Source of the DNA: an uncultured Clostridia bacterium | GTDB taxonomy: Bacteria > Bacillota > Clostridia > Oscillospirales > CAG-272 | Reading direction: 5' to 3' | DNA length: 64,000 bases | NCBI GenBank assembly: GCA_947625805.1 | Contig: CANQPT010000003.1 | Coordinates: forward strand, 8,247 to 72,246 | Part shown: piece after piece, positions 29,645 to 38,724 of the stretch | Layout of the letters: every line of letters starts with the position of its first letter | Numbering within the stretch: the first letter of the stretch is position 1 | Program-made: the position numbers and the translations under genes | Notes under the pieces: model-generated | Seen by the model: only the letters and a program-made list of their open reading frames with translations | What the model was told of the DNA's origin: nothing | Databases searched by the model: none

Positions 29645-30736
29645 ATGAAATCCAAAATCATGTCGGCCCATCCGTCGGTCTATGCCGTTGGGGGCGAGTA
29701 CCAGATCTGCGTGCTGGTCGAGCGCGAGTGCACCATGTGGGTGCAGGTGGGAGAGCGGTGCTACTACGACCACTCAAACGGGATCCTGCGCTCGGGCAAA
29801 TTCTTACACATCGCTAAACTTCCCCAAGCGGCGCTGGACGCGGCAGGATGCTACACGGTCTTTCTGCGGGAAATCATCGAGCGCAAGCCGTATTACACCG
29901 ACTGCGGTGAGGTGCAGAGCGCCGAATACACTTTCCGGCCGATCGTGCAAAAGGACGAGTACCACATCATCAACTTAGCGGACGCTCACAGTCTGGTCGA
30001 TGCGCCGATTGCCAGCGGCAGTTATTTTGGAGACGATCTCGATCTGCTGATCTTAAACGGTGATATCCCCAACCACAGCGGCAATATTGAGTATTTCAAG
30101 GCCATTTACCGCATTTCCGGCGGAATCACCAAGGGACGGGTTCCCTGCATTTTCTCCCGCGGCAATCACGATATGCGCGGCATCTATGCCGAGCAGCTCG
30201 CCGACTACACGCCCACCGACGCGGGAAGATCCTATTTCACTTTTCGTCTTGGGCCGATCTGGGGCATCGTGCTGGACGCGGGCGAGGACAAGGCGGACAC
30301 CAATCCCGAATACGGCCACACGGTCTGCTGCGAGGCGTTTCGTGAGGAAGAGGGCGAGTTCTTAGACAAGGTGCTTGCAGCGGGCGAGTACCGTGACGCG
30401 CCCGTGCGTCTGATTATAAGCCATCATCCCTTTGCCCATCAGATTCATCCGCCCTTTGATATTGAGAAAGAGCGGTTTGCCGACTGGTCCAAGAAACTGG
30501 CGCAGATCCGGCCTGCCATTTGGCTGTCCGGGCATTTGCATGAATTATTCTTAGAAGCGCCCGGCGGCAAGCACGATACCTACGGCTTCCCTTGCCCGGT
30601 GGTTTGCTCTTCTTATCAGAACGAGGAGCATCAACAGCACACCAGCGGCGCCGTCATTCTGACCAAAGACAGGGTCACGGTACGCTATTCCACAGAAAAA
30701 GGCGAGGTCACGGGCGAGCAAAGTCTGCCGCTTTAA
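29645..30736 (+). CDS. Metallophosphoesterase with N-terminal beta-sandwich (purple acid phosphatase-like)
   Basis: ADAH, LNGD, RGNHD, LDAGED, SHHP, SGHLH. Confidence 0.85.
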   Translation: MKSKIMSAHPSVYAVGGEYQICVLVERECTMWVQVGERCYYDHSNGILRSGKFLHIAKLPQAALDAAGCYTVFLREIIERKPYYTDCGEVQSAEYTFRPIVQKDEYHIINLADAHSLVDAPIASGSYFGDDLDLLILNGDIPNHSGNIEYFKAIYRISGGITKGRVPCIFSRGNHDMRGIYAEQLADYTPTDAGRSYFTFRLGPIWGIVLDAGEDKADTNPEYGHTVCCEAFREEEGEFLDKVLAAGEYRDAPVRLIISHHPFAHQIHPPFDIEKERFADWSKKLAQIRPAIWLSGHLHELFLEAPGGKHDTYGFPCPVVCSSYQNEEHQQHTSGAVILTKDRVTVRYSTEKGEVTGEQSLPL

Positions 30737-30799
30737 GAAAATAGGGGGTTTCCCTACGATTTTAAGATCGCTGATGTTTTGAAATAACCGCACGGAAAA

Positions 30800-30827
30800 A
30801 GGACGGGCCGCTCTGAAGGCCCGTCCT
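30800..30827. terminator. Bidirectional terminator
   Basis: AGGACGGGCC-gctctgaa-GGCCCGTCCT between convergent genes. Confidence 0.7.
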
Positions 30828-30842
30828 GTTTCATGAAAACAA

Positions 30843-32123
30843 TTACTCCTCAAACTCCAGCACGGCGCAGAGCACGCTCGCGGCCTGTGCGCGGGTCAAT
30901 TGAGAGTTCGCGCTGATCGCACCCATGCCGGTGCCTGAGAGCAATCCGTGCTCGGCCAGCGCATAGATCGACTGTCCGGCCCAAGCCGGAATGGAGGCGT
31001 CATCGTGAAAGACCGCAACGCTTCCGCCGGTAGGAAGATCCAAGATCTTGTTCAGCATGACCGCCGCCTCGGCGCGGGTAATGGTCTGATTGGGATAAAA
31101 GAAGGTCCCTTCCTCATTTTTCACACCCTCGATATAGCCCAGTTTTTTGGCGGTGGCTACATAACTGATCAGGTGTGACGGAATCTCTTCATTATCCGTA
31201 AAGTCAGTTTTGGTCAGGGTAGCGTCCGGCTCGATCTTGCACACGTCCATCGCCATAGCGAGAAATTCCGCCCGCGATACCCGGTAGTCCGGCCCGAAGA
31301 TCATCTGCTTTCCGATGCTCTCCCCGGTCATAATGCCGTTCTCGGCCAGCGTGATGGCGGCATTGTGCGCCCAGTTATTCACCATATCGCAGTAGAATAC
31401 GCCCGAACTGTTCTTTTCCACCGTGATACTGACCTTGGAAATATCCGAATAGTTTCCAAACTCATCATACACCCGATAGGAAAAAGAATCCCTGCCGGTA
31501 TAGCCGGCGGTAGGGGTGTACTTGAAAGAGCCGCCGATCCGGTCCGTGACTGCCGCCGAGCCGTGCTTGGCAGGCTTGACAATCTCGTAATTCAGTCTGT
31601 CCTGATCTGCGTCCTCGGCCTGCAGTCTGCCGTAGTAGGTGACGTTTTCCTTGGTGCGTACGGTTAAGGCATTCTGTTCGGCAATGACGGGTGCGGCGTT
31701 CAGATACTCGGTCATGCGGATCTGACAGGTGAGATCGTACTCGTTTTTGCCGGTGTTCACCCGAATATCAAAATTGGTAGACGCCAGCACGTCGGTGCAC
31801 GGACGGAAGCAGAGCATTTCCAGTTGGTCGCGGCTGATGGTCTGATTTTCGTACACGCTTGCATCCCCCAGCCGCAGGGATCCGGATGCAGAATCAGGCA
31901 GGGTCATCACGGTTACGGAGGAGATTTTGTTCGCTCCCGTGACGTTTTTGAAGTCCTGTGCGGTAAAGGTGATATCGTTGTTGGCCATTCCGCTTTTGAT
32001 CAACTCAAGCTCGTTTTCGATGACTGCCATTCCGGGCGAGAGCAGCGCGTTTGCCACAGGGAACGTGCACAGCGCCGCCACAGCAAGCAGCGTGCAAATT
32101 CCCAAAGACAATTTCTTTTTCAT
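30843..32123 (-). CDS. Secreted S-layer homology (SLH) protein with Ig/cadherin-like domain
   Basis: Signal peptide after AAGGAGG RBS; Ig-like FKYTPTAGYTGRDSFSY; three SLH repeats (VSRAEF, ITRAEAA, LTRAQAA). Confidence 0.85.
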   Translation of the reverse strand: MKKKLSLGICTLLAVAALCTFPVANALLSPGMAVIENELELIKSGMANNDITFTAQDFKNVTGANKISSVTVMTLPDSASGSLRLGDASVYENQTISRDQLEMLCFRPCTDVLASTNFDIRVNTGKNEYDLTCQIRMTEYLNAAPVIAEQNALTVRTKENVTYYGRLQAEDADQDRLNYEIVKPAKHGSAAVTDRIGGSFKYTPTAGYTGRDSFSYRVYDEFGNYSDISKVSITVEKNSSGVFYCDMVNNWAHNAAITLAENGIMTGESIGKQMIFGPDYRVSRAEFLAMAMDVCKIEPDATLTKTDFTDNEEIPSHLISYVATAKKLGYIEGVKNEEGTFFYPNQTITRAEAAVMLNKILDLPTGGSVAVFHDDASIPAWAGQSIYALAEHGLLSGTGMGAISANSQLTRAQAASVLCAVLEFEE

Positions 32124-32218
32124 GTTTTTCCTCCTTAGTGTTGGTATCCTCATTTTTTCCTTTTGCACATAAGTTATACGCCCTTGAAAAGCAAAGGGAA
32201 AAATAGTATAATATACAT

Positions 32219-33115
32219 ATGGAACTTGCAATCGACAAAGAATATGAAGGATATCTTGTGCGGGAATATTTGCGCCGGGTACTGGGGCTTTCGCGTGCGT
32301 CCCTGACTGCGCTTAAGGGCAGGGAAGACGGCATTGTGTTAAACGGCGGACGTGTGAGCGTGCGCGCAGTGCTGCATGAGGGCGACCGGCTTGATCTGGG
32401 CATCGAGGATCGGTTTTGCGATGCGCATCCGCATCTTACACCCTGTCCTCTGCCGCTGGATATCTTGTATGAGGACGAGCATTTGATCTGCGTGAACAAA
32501 CCTGCGGATATGCCTACCCATCCGACCCATGGACATTACACGGACACCCTTGCAAACGCCCTTGCTTATGAGTTTCAAAACCGAGGCTTACCCTTTGTCT
32601 TTCGGGCGGTAAATCGCCTGGACCGGGACACCAGCGGGGCGGTGCTGATTGCAAAAGATCAGGTGAGCGCCGAATACCTTGGGGCGCAAATGCGGGATCG
32701 TACGATAGACAAACGCTATATCGCCGTCTGTCGCGGGCGCACCCCCGCGCACGGCCGGATCGAAAACCGCATCCGCCGCACGGGTCAGAGCGTCATTACC
32801 CGAGAAATTTGCCCGCCGGGCGAGCCGGGCGAGCACGCGGTGACCGAATATAAGACCTTGTTTCAAAACGACCGTATGAGCGTGGTGGAAGCCCGTCCGC
32901 TGACCGGACGCACCCACCAGCTGCGTGTACATTTTTCCGGTATCGGGCATCCGATTTTCGGAGATACTTTATACGGAGAAGCCTGTTTGCAGATTGCCCG
33001 CCAGGCTTTGCATGCGCATACCGTGACGTTCCGCACGCCGTTTTCCGGCGAGCAGATCACGGTGAGGGCGCCGCTACCCGAGGATATTACGACACTGATC
33101 GAGGAACTCAGATGA
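32219..33115 (+). CDS. RluA-family pseudouridine synthase
   Basis: N-terminal S4-like region, VNKPADM, NRLDRDTSG (catalytic Asp), TGRTHQLRVH. Confidence 0.95.
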   Translation: MELAIDKEYEGYLVREYLRRVLGLSRASLTALKGREDGIVLNGGRVSVRAVLHEGDRLDLGIEDRFCDAHPHLTPCPLPLDILYEDEHLICVNKPADMPTHPTHGHYTDTLANALAYEFQNRGLPFVFRAVNRLDRDTSGAVLIAKDQVSAEYLGAQMRDRTIDKRYIAVCRGRTPAHGRIENRIRRTGQSVITREICPPGEPGEHAVTEYKTLFQNDRMSVVEARPLTGRTHQLRVHFSGIGHPIFGDTLYGEACLQIARQALHAHTVTFRTPFSGEQITVRAPLPEDITTLIEELR

Positions 33116-34242
33116 ACGATACTTTCATTCCCAAAAAAGAACGTAAACTGCCGATCCCCTGTGCAGTGCTGTACGCAGTTGCGCTGACTGCGCTCATTCT
33201 TCATATTTTATTTTACCGTTTTCCCGCTTTTGCCGACCGGTTTAATCTCACGGTAGGCGCGTTTTTCCGCGCGGTCTTTGCACATATCACAGGTTTACTT
33301 CCCTTTTCGCTGGCGGAAGCGGTGCTTCTCTGTCTGCCTGTGGCTTTGGTGCTGTTGGTCGTTTTCTGCGTGCACACCTTAAATCACGATTCCGGAACCC
33401 GCAGTATGCGGCTGATCTGCACGCTGCTTGCGGTGCTTTGTGCGCTGTACAGTGCGTTCGTGTTCTTGTTTGCCTCAGCCTATCGGGGAAAGAGTCTGGA
33501 TCAAAAACTCTCGCTGGAAACGACGGAGGTCAGCGCCGGGCAGCTTGCGAGCACCGCGCGTTATTTTCTCGAACTTGCAAACGCAGAGGCCGATCAGGTC
33601 ACCTTTACCTTCGGCGGCGCTTCGGTGATGCCCTATTCCCTTGACCGTATGATCGATCTTCTCAACGACGCATATGCCAAGGTAAACGAATCCTGTGATT
33701 TCGTGCAAAAACTGCGTGCGCCGGTCAAGTACGTCGCCCTCAGCGGGCCTATGACCTATACCCATATCTCGGGCGTATACACCTATTACACGGGCGAGGC
33801 CAATATCAATATCAATTTTCCCGATTACACCCTGCCGTATACCGCCGCCCACGAAATGTCCCACCAGCGCGGAATCGCACCGGAAAACGAGGCGAACTTC
33901 ATGGCTTTTTTGGTCTGTGCGGCGTCCGATGATGCGTATATCCGGTACAGCGGGTATATGAATATGTACGAATATCTGCTGAATGCCCTGTACACTGCCG
34001 ATCGTACGCTCTATTATGAGCTATGGAATCAGACGGACATACGGCTGCAATGCGAGGAGATTTCCTATTCTGAGTTTTTCTCACGCTATTCGGAAAACGC
34101 GGTCGCAACTGCCTCGAACGCGGTCAACGACACCTATCTGAAGGTGCAGGGGCAGTCTGCCGGAACACGCAGTTACGGCATGGTGGTGGATCTGGCGGTG
34201 GCATACGCCGAAAGCCGGAACAAAAGCGAGGGCGGCACATAA
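33112..34242 (+). CDS. DUF3810-family membrane protein (HExxH)
   Basis: ISGVYTYYTGEANIN, AHEMSHQRG, ENEANF. Confidence 0.85.
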   Translation: MNDTFIPKKERKLPIPCAVLYAVALTALILHILFYRFPAFADRFNLTVGAFFRAVFAHITGLLPFSLAEAVLLCLPVALVLLVVFCVHTLNHDSGTRSMRLICTLLAVLCALYSAFVFLFASAYRGKSLDQKLSLETTEVSAGQLASTARYFLELANAEADQVTFTFGGASVMPYSLDRMIDLLNDAYAKVNESCDFVQKLRAPVKYVALSGPMTYTHISGVYTYYTGEANININFPDYTLPYTAAHEMSHQRGIAPENEANFMAFLVCAASDDAYIRYSGYMNMYEYLLNALYTADRTLYYELWNQTDIRLQCEEISYSEFFSRYSENAVATASNAVNDTYLKVQGQSAGTRSYGMVVDLAVAYAESRNKSEGGT

Positions 34243-34284
34243 AATAAAAGTAGCACCCGGGGGAGAACATTTGAAATCAAGTAT

Positions 34285-34313
34285 TTGACAAAGTATCCAA
34301 TCTGTGCTATAAT
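34285..34313 (+). promoter_or_regulatory. Consensus extended sigmaA promoter of murA
   Basis: TTGACA, 17 nt, TGcTATAAT. Confidence 0.8.
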
Positions 34314-34410
34314 ATAAATCCTGTGTTCTGTCAAAAACATGCAAACACGGTATTTCTTGTGAAAATTCTGCCTCCGGGCTTTTGCACGACCTTACGGAAG
34401 GTGCTTATTT

Positions 34411-35700
34411 ATGGAAAAGATTATCATCAACGGCGGCATCCCGCTTCGCGGTACTGTTGAGATCAGCGGTATGAAGAACGGCGCCCTGCCGATTTTGTTT
34501 GCCTCGATCCTTGTAAAAGGCAAATGTGTGATTGAGAATATCCCCGCGATTAACGATGTATATATTTCTCTGGATATTCTGCAGCAGATGGGTGTGTCGG
34601 TGCGCATGATCGACCGCACGACCGTCGAACTGGACGCGACTCACGCGGTGGGCGGTACTTCCCCTATCTCGCTGGTGCGTCAACTTCGCGCATCTTACTA
34701 TCTTCTGGGTGCCGAGCTCGGCCGCTTTGGAAAGGCGTACGTGGGCTATCCCGGCGGATGCGATTTCGGCGTGCGCCCGATCGACCAGCATATCAAAGGC
34801 TTTGAGGCGCTGGGTGCCAGCGTGACGCTGGAGGGCGGATACATCGAGGCGACCTCTGAGTTCGGACTCACCGGTGCCAGTGTCTTTTTTGACGAGGTGA
34901 CGGTGGGCGGCACCATGAATATCATACTTGCCGCGGTGACCGCACCCGGCACGACCGTGATCGAAAACGCGGCCCGCGAGCCGCATATCGTCGACCTGGC
35001 GAACTTTCTCAACACCTGCGGTGCGCGCGTGCGCGGTGCGGGTACCGATACCATCCGAATCCGCGGAGTGGACGCTTTGCATGGCTGTACTTACGCGATT
35101 ATTCCTGATATGATCGAGGCGGGTACCTACATGATGGCCGCCGCCGCTACCGGCGGCACGCTGCGAATCAACAATGTCATTCCAAAGCATCTGGAATCCA
35201 TCACCATGAAACTGCAGGAAATGGGCGTAGACATAGTGGAGGACGACGACTATGTGATCGTGTCGTCTTCCGGAAAGCTGCGCAAGGTAAACGTAAAAAC
35301 CCAGCCGTATCCCGGATTCCCCACAGATATGCAGCCTCAGATGGCGGTGCTCATGTGTCTGGCGTCGGGAGTGAGTTTTTTGAACGAAAGCGTGTGGGAC
35401 AATCGGTTTAAGTATGTAGAACAGTTGCATCGCATGGGCGCGTCCATCAAAATAGACGGTAAGACGGCCATCGTCGAGGGAGGCGTGCCGCTGACAGCGG
35501 CTCAGGTGAGCGCGGTAGATTTGCGTGCAGGAGCCGCGATGGTGATCGCAGGGCTGGCCATCGAAGGAAAGACCGAGATCGACGGTATCCACTGCATCGA
35601 GCGCGGATATGACGATATCGTCGGCAAACTGCGAGCAGTGGGTGCAGACGTCAAAAAGGTCGTTGTCCCGGACGGTATGCCTTTCGGCATGATGGCGTAG
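34411..35700 (+). CDS. murA: UDP-N-acetylglucosamine 1-carboxyvinyltransferase
   Basis: SGMKNGALP, LRASYY, PGGCDFGVRPIDQH, PDMIEAGT, PGFPTDMQ, DLRAGAA. Confidence 0.97.
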   Translation: MEKIIINGGIPLRGTVEISGMKNGALPILFASILVKGKCVIENIPAINDVYISLDILQQMGVSVRMIDRTTVELDATHAVGGTSPISLVRQLRASYYLLGAELGRFGKAYVGYPGGCDFGVRPIDQHIKGFEALGASVTLEGGYIEATSEFGLTGASVFFDEVTVGGTMNIILAAVTAPGTTVIENAAREPHIVDLANFLNTCGARVRGAGTDTIRIRGVDALHGCTYAIIPDMIEAGTYMMAAAATGGTLRINNVIPKHLESITMKLQEMGVDIVEDDDYVIVSSSGKLRKVNVKTQPYPGFPTDMQPQMAVLMCLASGVSFLNESVWDNRFKYVEQLHRMGASIKIDGKTAIVEGGVPLTAAQVSAVDLRAGAAMVIAGLAIEGKTEIDGIHCIERGYDDIVGKLRAVGADVKKVVVPDGMPFGMMA

Positions 35701-35748
35701 GCAATTTGGTCAGGGTACCAACGCGCCCCTGACTATATTGCTTTATGT

Positions 35749-35779
35749 AAAAGAGCGAGAGAGTTACTCCCGCTCTTTT
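35749..35779. terminator. Bidirectional terminator
   Basis: AAAAGAGCGAGA...TCCCGCTCTTTT imperfect stem between convergent genes. Confidence 0.6.
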
Positions 35780-35862
35780 GAATTTTTGCTTTTTATAATC
35801 CCGCCGTGCTTTCCGGTCCTCTGCGTTTTGCGTGGTTCTTCCGTCATTTTCTCCGTGACTTT

Positions 35863-36432
35863 TTAAGAGTTTCTATGCGAGAGGTATTCATCCCGCAGGA
35901 TCGAATAGTAACCGATGTCGCGGTACTGTCCTTTTATATACAACTCTTGGCGTCTGACACCCTCCGGGTGCATACCGAGTTTTTCCATCACCCGCGCCGA
36001 CGCGGTGTTTTCCACCATATAGCGGGCCTCGATGCGGTTGAGTCCCAACTCGCAAAAGCCAACCTGCAGAACGGCCTGCGCCGCCTCCGGCGCATACCCG
36101 TTGCCCCAGTGGGATCTACTCAAAACATATCCCAGTTCGGCGCTGTTGTTGGCCTCGTCGATGCGAGCAAAGCCGCAGGTGCCGATCATTTTCCCGCTTT
36201 TTTTCTCTACGATCGCCCAGTCATAAAAAAGTTGCTTTGCGTAGTATTTGATCACGGAGCGTATGAATTTGCGGGTCTGCTCTTTGCTCTCGTGCGCGCT
36301 CCAAAGCAAATATTTGCTCACAGCCCGGTCGCAGGAGTATTCGTACATATCGTCTGTGTCCCGCTCTTCGATGCGCCGCAAGATCAGGCGCCGTGTGGAG
36401 AGGGATGGCAAGTGCTTAAAATATTCTTTCAT
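35863..36432 (-). CDS. RimJ/RimL-type GNAT N-acetyltransferase
   Basis: TRRLILR, ELGYVL, WGNGYAPEA, NTASARVMEKLGM. Confidence 0.92.
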   Translation of the reverse strand: MKEYFKHLPSLSTRRLILRRIEERDTDDMYEYSCDRAVSKYLLWSAHESKEQTRKFIRSVIKYYAKQLFYDWAIVEKKSGKMIGTCGFARIDEANNSAELGYVLSRSHWGNGYAPEAAQAVLQVGFCELGLNRIEARYMVENTASARVMEKLGMHPEGVRRQELYIKGQYRDIGYYSILRDEYLSHRNS

Positions 36433-36521
36433 ACTGTTATTATACTACCGACGGGTAAAATGTGCAAGTGTGTTGATTCCTTCACATAATTGTGGTACAA
36501 TACTCATATAGTGAAACGGTG

Positions 36522-37064
36522 ATGTATTTGAGCCGTGTTCATTTTTCACAGATCGCACCCGCCGTGTGCGCGCTTGCAGTGGGGATTGCCGCCGGTATGG
36601 TGATTACCGATCGTGTCGGCCTTTTTTCGGGAGGAATGACCCCGCCCTCCGCGTGGCTTGCGGATTTTCCGAAGATTTTCTGGATTACACTGCTGCCGCA
36701 GGTTATACTGATCTTTCTCTCGGTGACCGTTTACGCAACGCCCGCCGCCCTTACCGCATTGCTTGTTGAGAGCGCTCAGGACACCTGTTATATCCTGTAT
36801 GCTTTGCGTCTGTTCAACAGCGAGAGTTTTGCGTCCGGCGCCGTCTGCGTGTTTTTTATCGGCACGCGTGCTTTTTTCACTTACGGCTATCTTTTGCTCG
36901 CCCTGCGCACCCTTTGCTATCGGGCCGGGGCACGCACCATGCCGTGTGACGTGGCGTCCGTGACAAGCGGAGTGTCCCGCAAATTCTTCCGTGATTATAC
37001 CGCGATCGCGGGGCTCCTTTGCTTGTTCGCATTCTTTGCGCATACCGTATTTTATTTTATCTGA
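36522..37064 (+). CDS. Multi-pass membrane protein (weakly SpoIIM-like)
   Basis: Several hydrophobic helices; upstream TTGATT-17-TGgTACAAT promoter; family assignment is weak. Confidence 0.55.
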   Translation: MYLSRVHFSQIAPAVCALAVGIAAGMVITDRVGLFSGGMTPPSAWLADFPKIFWITLLPQVILIFLSVTVYATPAALTALLVESAQDTCYILYALRLFNSESFASGAVCVFFIGTRAFFTYGYLLLALRTLCYRAGARTMPCDVASVTSGVSRKFFRDYTAIAGLLCLFAFFAHTVFYFI

Positions 37065-37077
37065 AGGAATTTCTATT

Positions 37078-38037
37078 ATGTCAGAAGAACAAAAGAAAAA
37101 GAAGTTTAATCTCTACCGCCTGCTCAACGAAGGAAACGACGACAAGGGCGTGGAAAAGGGAGAAGTGCGAAAACTCGACTTTGCATATTTCTTCAAACTG
37201 CTCGGCAGACGCTTTGGCGCGATCGTCAAACTCAATCTGCTCTGGCTTCTTGCAAATTTTCCCATCTTCTTTTTGCTGTTCGCGCTGAGCGGTTATGCCG
37301 GAAAGACTACGACTGCACCCGCAAGTGCCCTCTTTGCCAATCTTCACCCGCTCTTCTCATCCGGAAACGGCAATCCCGTGCTGGCGGCTCTGTACGGCGT
37401 GACCGGCATTCAGGGGACCATGTTCGTGAGCACCACCCTTACCTACGTGATGTATGGCTTGAGCGTGCTGACCCTGTTTACCTTTGGGCTCGCTACGGTG
37501 GGCGTGACCTATAATCTCCGCAATCTGATGCGGGGCGAGCCGCTTTTCCTGCTCTCGGATTTTTGGGACGCGGTGCGCAAAAATCTCCGACAGGGGATTA
37601 TTTACGGGATATTCGATCTGGCGGTGTTAGCGGCGCTGATCTTTGATATCCGCTATTACGGCGGTGCGATGCGTGCCGTCAGCATGGGGATTCTGATCCT
37701 CTATTTGCTCATGCGCTTCTATATTTATATTCTGATCCCGACCTTTGACCTGAGCCTGTTCAAGATTTTGAAGAACTCGCTGATTTTCTTGGTCCTGAAT
37801 ATCAAGCGCAATCTGGCGGCCTTTGCGGGCGTCGTCCTTGTGTTGTTTGCCAATTTTGCGCTGCTCAATATTTTTTATCCCCTGGGAATGCTCATGCCGC
37901 TGGCGCTCACCATCTCGCTGTGTATGTTCATTGGTGTCTACGCCGCATGGCCGTGCATCAAGGAGATTATGATCGACCCCTACGAGCAAGAGCAAACCGA
38001 AAAACCGGAGCCGCCGATCTTTCAGGATAGAGGCTGA
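37078..38037 (+). CDS. YesL/DUF624-like membrane protein
   Basis: KLNLLW, FTFGLATVG, FWDAVRKNLRQG, ILKNSLI. Confidence 0.75.
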   Translation: MSEEQKKKKFNLYRLLNEGNDDKGVEKGEVRKLDFAYFFKLLGRRFGAIVKLNLLWLLANFPIFFLLFALSGYAGKTTTAPASALFANLHPLFSSGNGNPVLAALYGVTGIQGTMFVSTTLTYVMYGLSVLTLFTFGLATVGVTYNLRNLMRGEPLFLLSDFWDAVRKNLRQGIIYGIFDLAVLAALIFDIRYYGGAMRAVSMGILILYLLMRFYIYILIPTFDLSLFKILKNSLIFLVLNIKRNLAAFAGVVLVLFANFALLNIFYPLGMLMPLALTISLCMFIGVYAAWPCIKEIMIDPYEQEQTEKPEPPIFQDRG

Positions 38038-38091
38038 ACGTCAGAAAAGATCCGATCTCGGATCTTTTTTTGTAAAAATTTCAAAAAACTG

Positions 38092-38145
38092 TTGACAAAT
38101 CCGGGATTGTTGAATATAATAACATATGAACAAATGATCATATGT
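38092..38145 (+). promoter_or_regulatory. Consensus promoter plus ArsR/SmtB operator of the metal-efflux operon
   Basis: TTGACA (38092), 17 nt, TATAAT (38115); inverted repeat ACATATGA-N8-TCATATGT at 38122-38145 over the start site. Confidence 0.85.
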
Positions 38146-38158
38146 AAAGGAGAAACAT

Positions 38159-38509
38159 ATGGAAAGCGAAGTATGTGATTTTTTATGCGTGCATGAGGAC
38201 ACGGTGGCACGCTTAAAACAGACTCTGCCGCCAGAAGAAGAGTTGATGGATCTTGCGGATCTGTTCAAAAACTTTGCGGATTCCACGCGGATCCGGATGC
38301 TGTATCTTCTTTCGGAGAGCGAGTTGTGCGTGTGCGATATTTCCAGGCTGTTAGGCATGAGCCAGTCGGCCATCTCGCACCAGCTGCGCATTCTCAAGCA
38401 GAGCAAACTGGTCAAGGCACGCAGGGACGGAAGAACGGTGTTTTATTCTCTTGCCGACGAGCACGTCGGCACAATTATCGGGAACGGAATGGAGCATGTG
38501 AAAGAATGA
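38159..38509 (+). CDS. cadC: ArsR/SmtB metal-sensing repressor (CadC-like)
   Basis: FKNFADSTRIRML, ELCVCD, SQSAISHQLRILK, YSLADEHV. Confidence 0.9.
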   Translation: MESEVCDFLCVHEDTVARLKQTLPPEEELMDLADLFKNFADSTRIRMLYLLSESELCVCDISRLLGMSQSAISHQLRILKQSKLVKARRDGRTVFYSLADEHVGTIIGNGMEHVKE

Positions 38510-38724
38510 AAAAGTCATATAAGTTAAAGGATTTGGATTGCGCAAACTGTGCCGGAAAAATGCAGGCGGCCATCGAAAAGATCGAGGGCGTCAAGGCCGT
38601 GTCGGTCAACTTTCTCATGCAGAAGATGACTCTGGAGGCGGATGACGCACGCTTTGAGGAGATTATGGAGCAAACGGTTCGCGCCTGCAAAAAGATCGAG
38701 CCGGATTGCGAGATCGTCCGATGA
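38506..38724 (+). CDS. Heavy-metal-associated (HMA) domain protein
   Basis: LDCANCA metal motif; ATGA overlaps with both neighbours. Confidence 0.9.
   Translation: MKKSYKLKDLDCANCAGKMQAAIEKIEGVKAVSVNFLMQKMTLEADDARFEEIMEQTVRACKKIEPDCEIVR

Noticed and set aside
34405-35592. 395-aa antisense ORF over murA
   Set aside because: Shadow ORF from GC-rich codon bias; no recognisable motifs; fully overlaps a clear essential gene.
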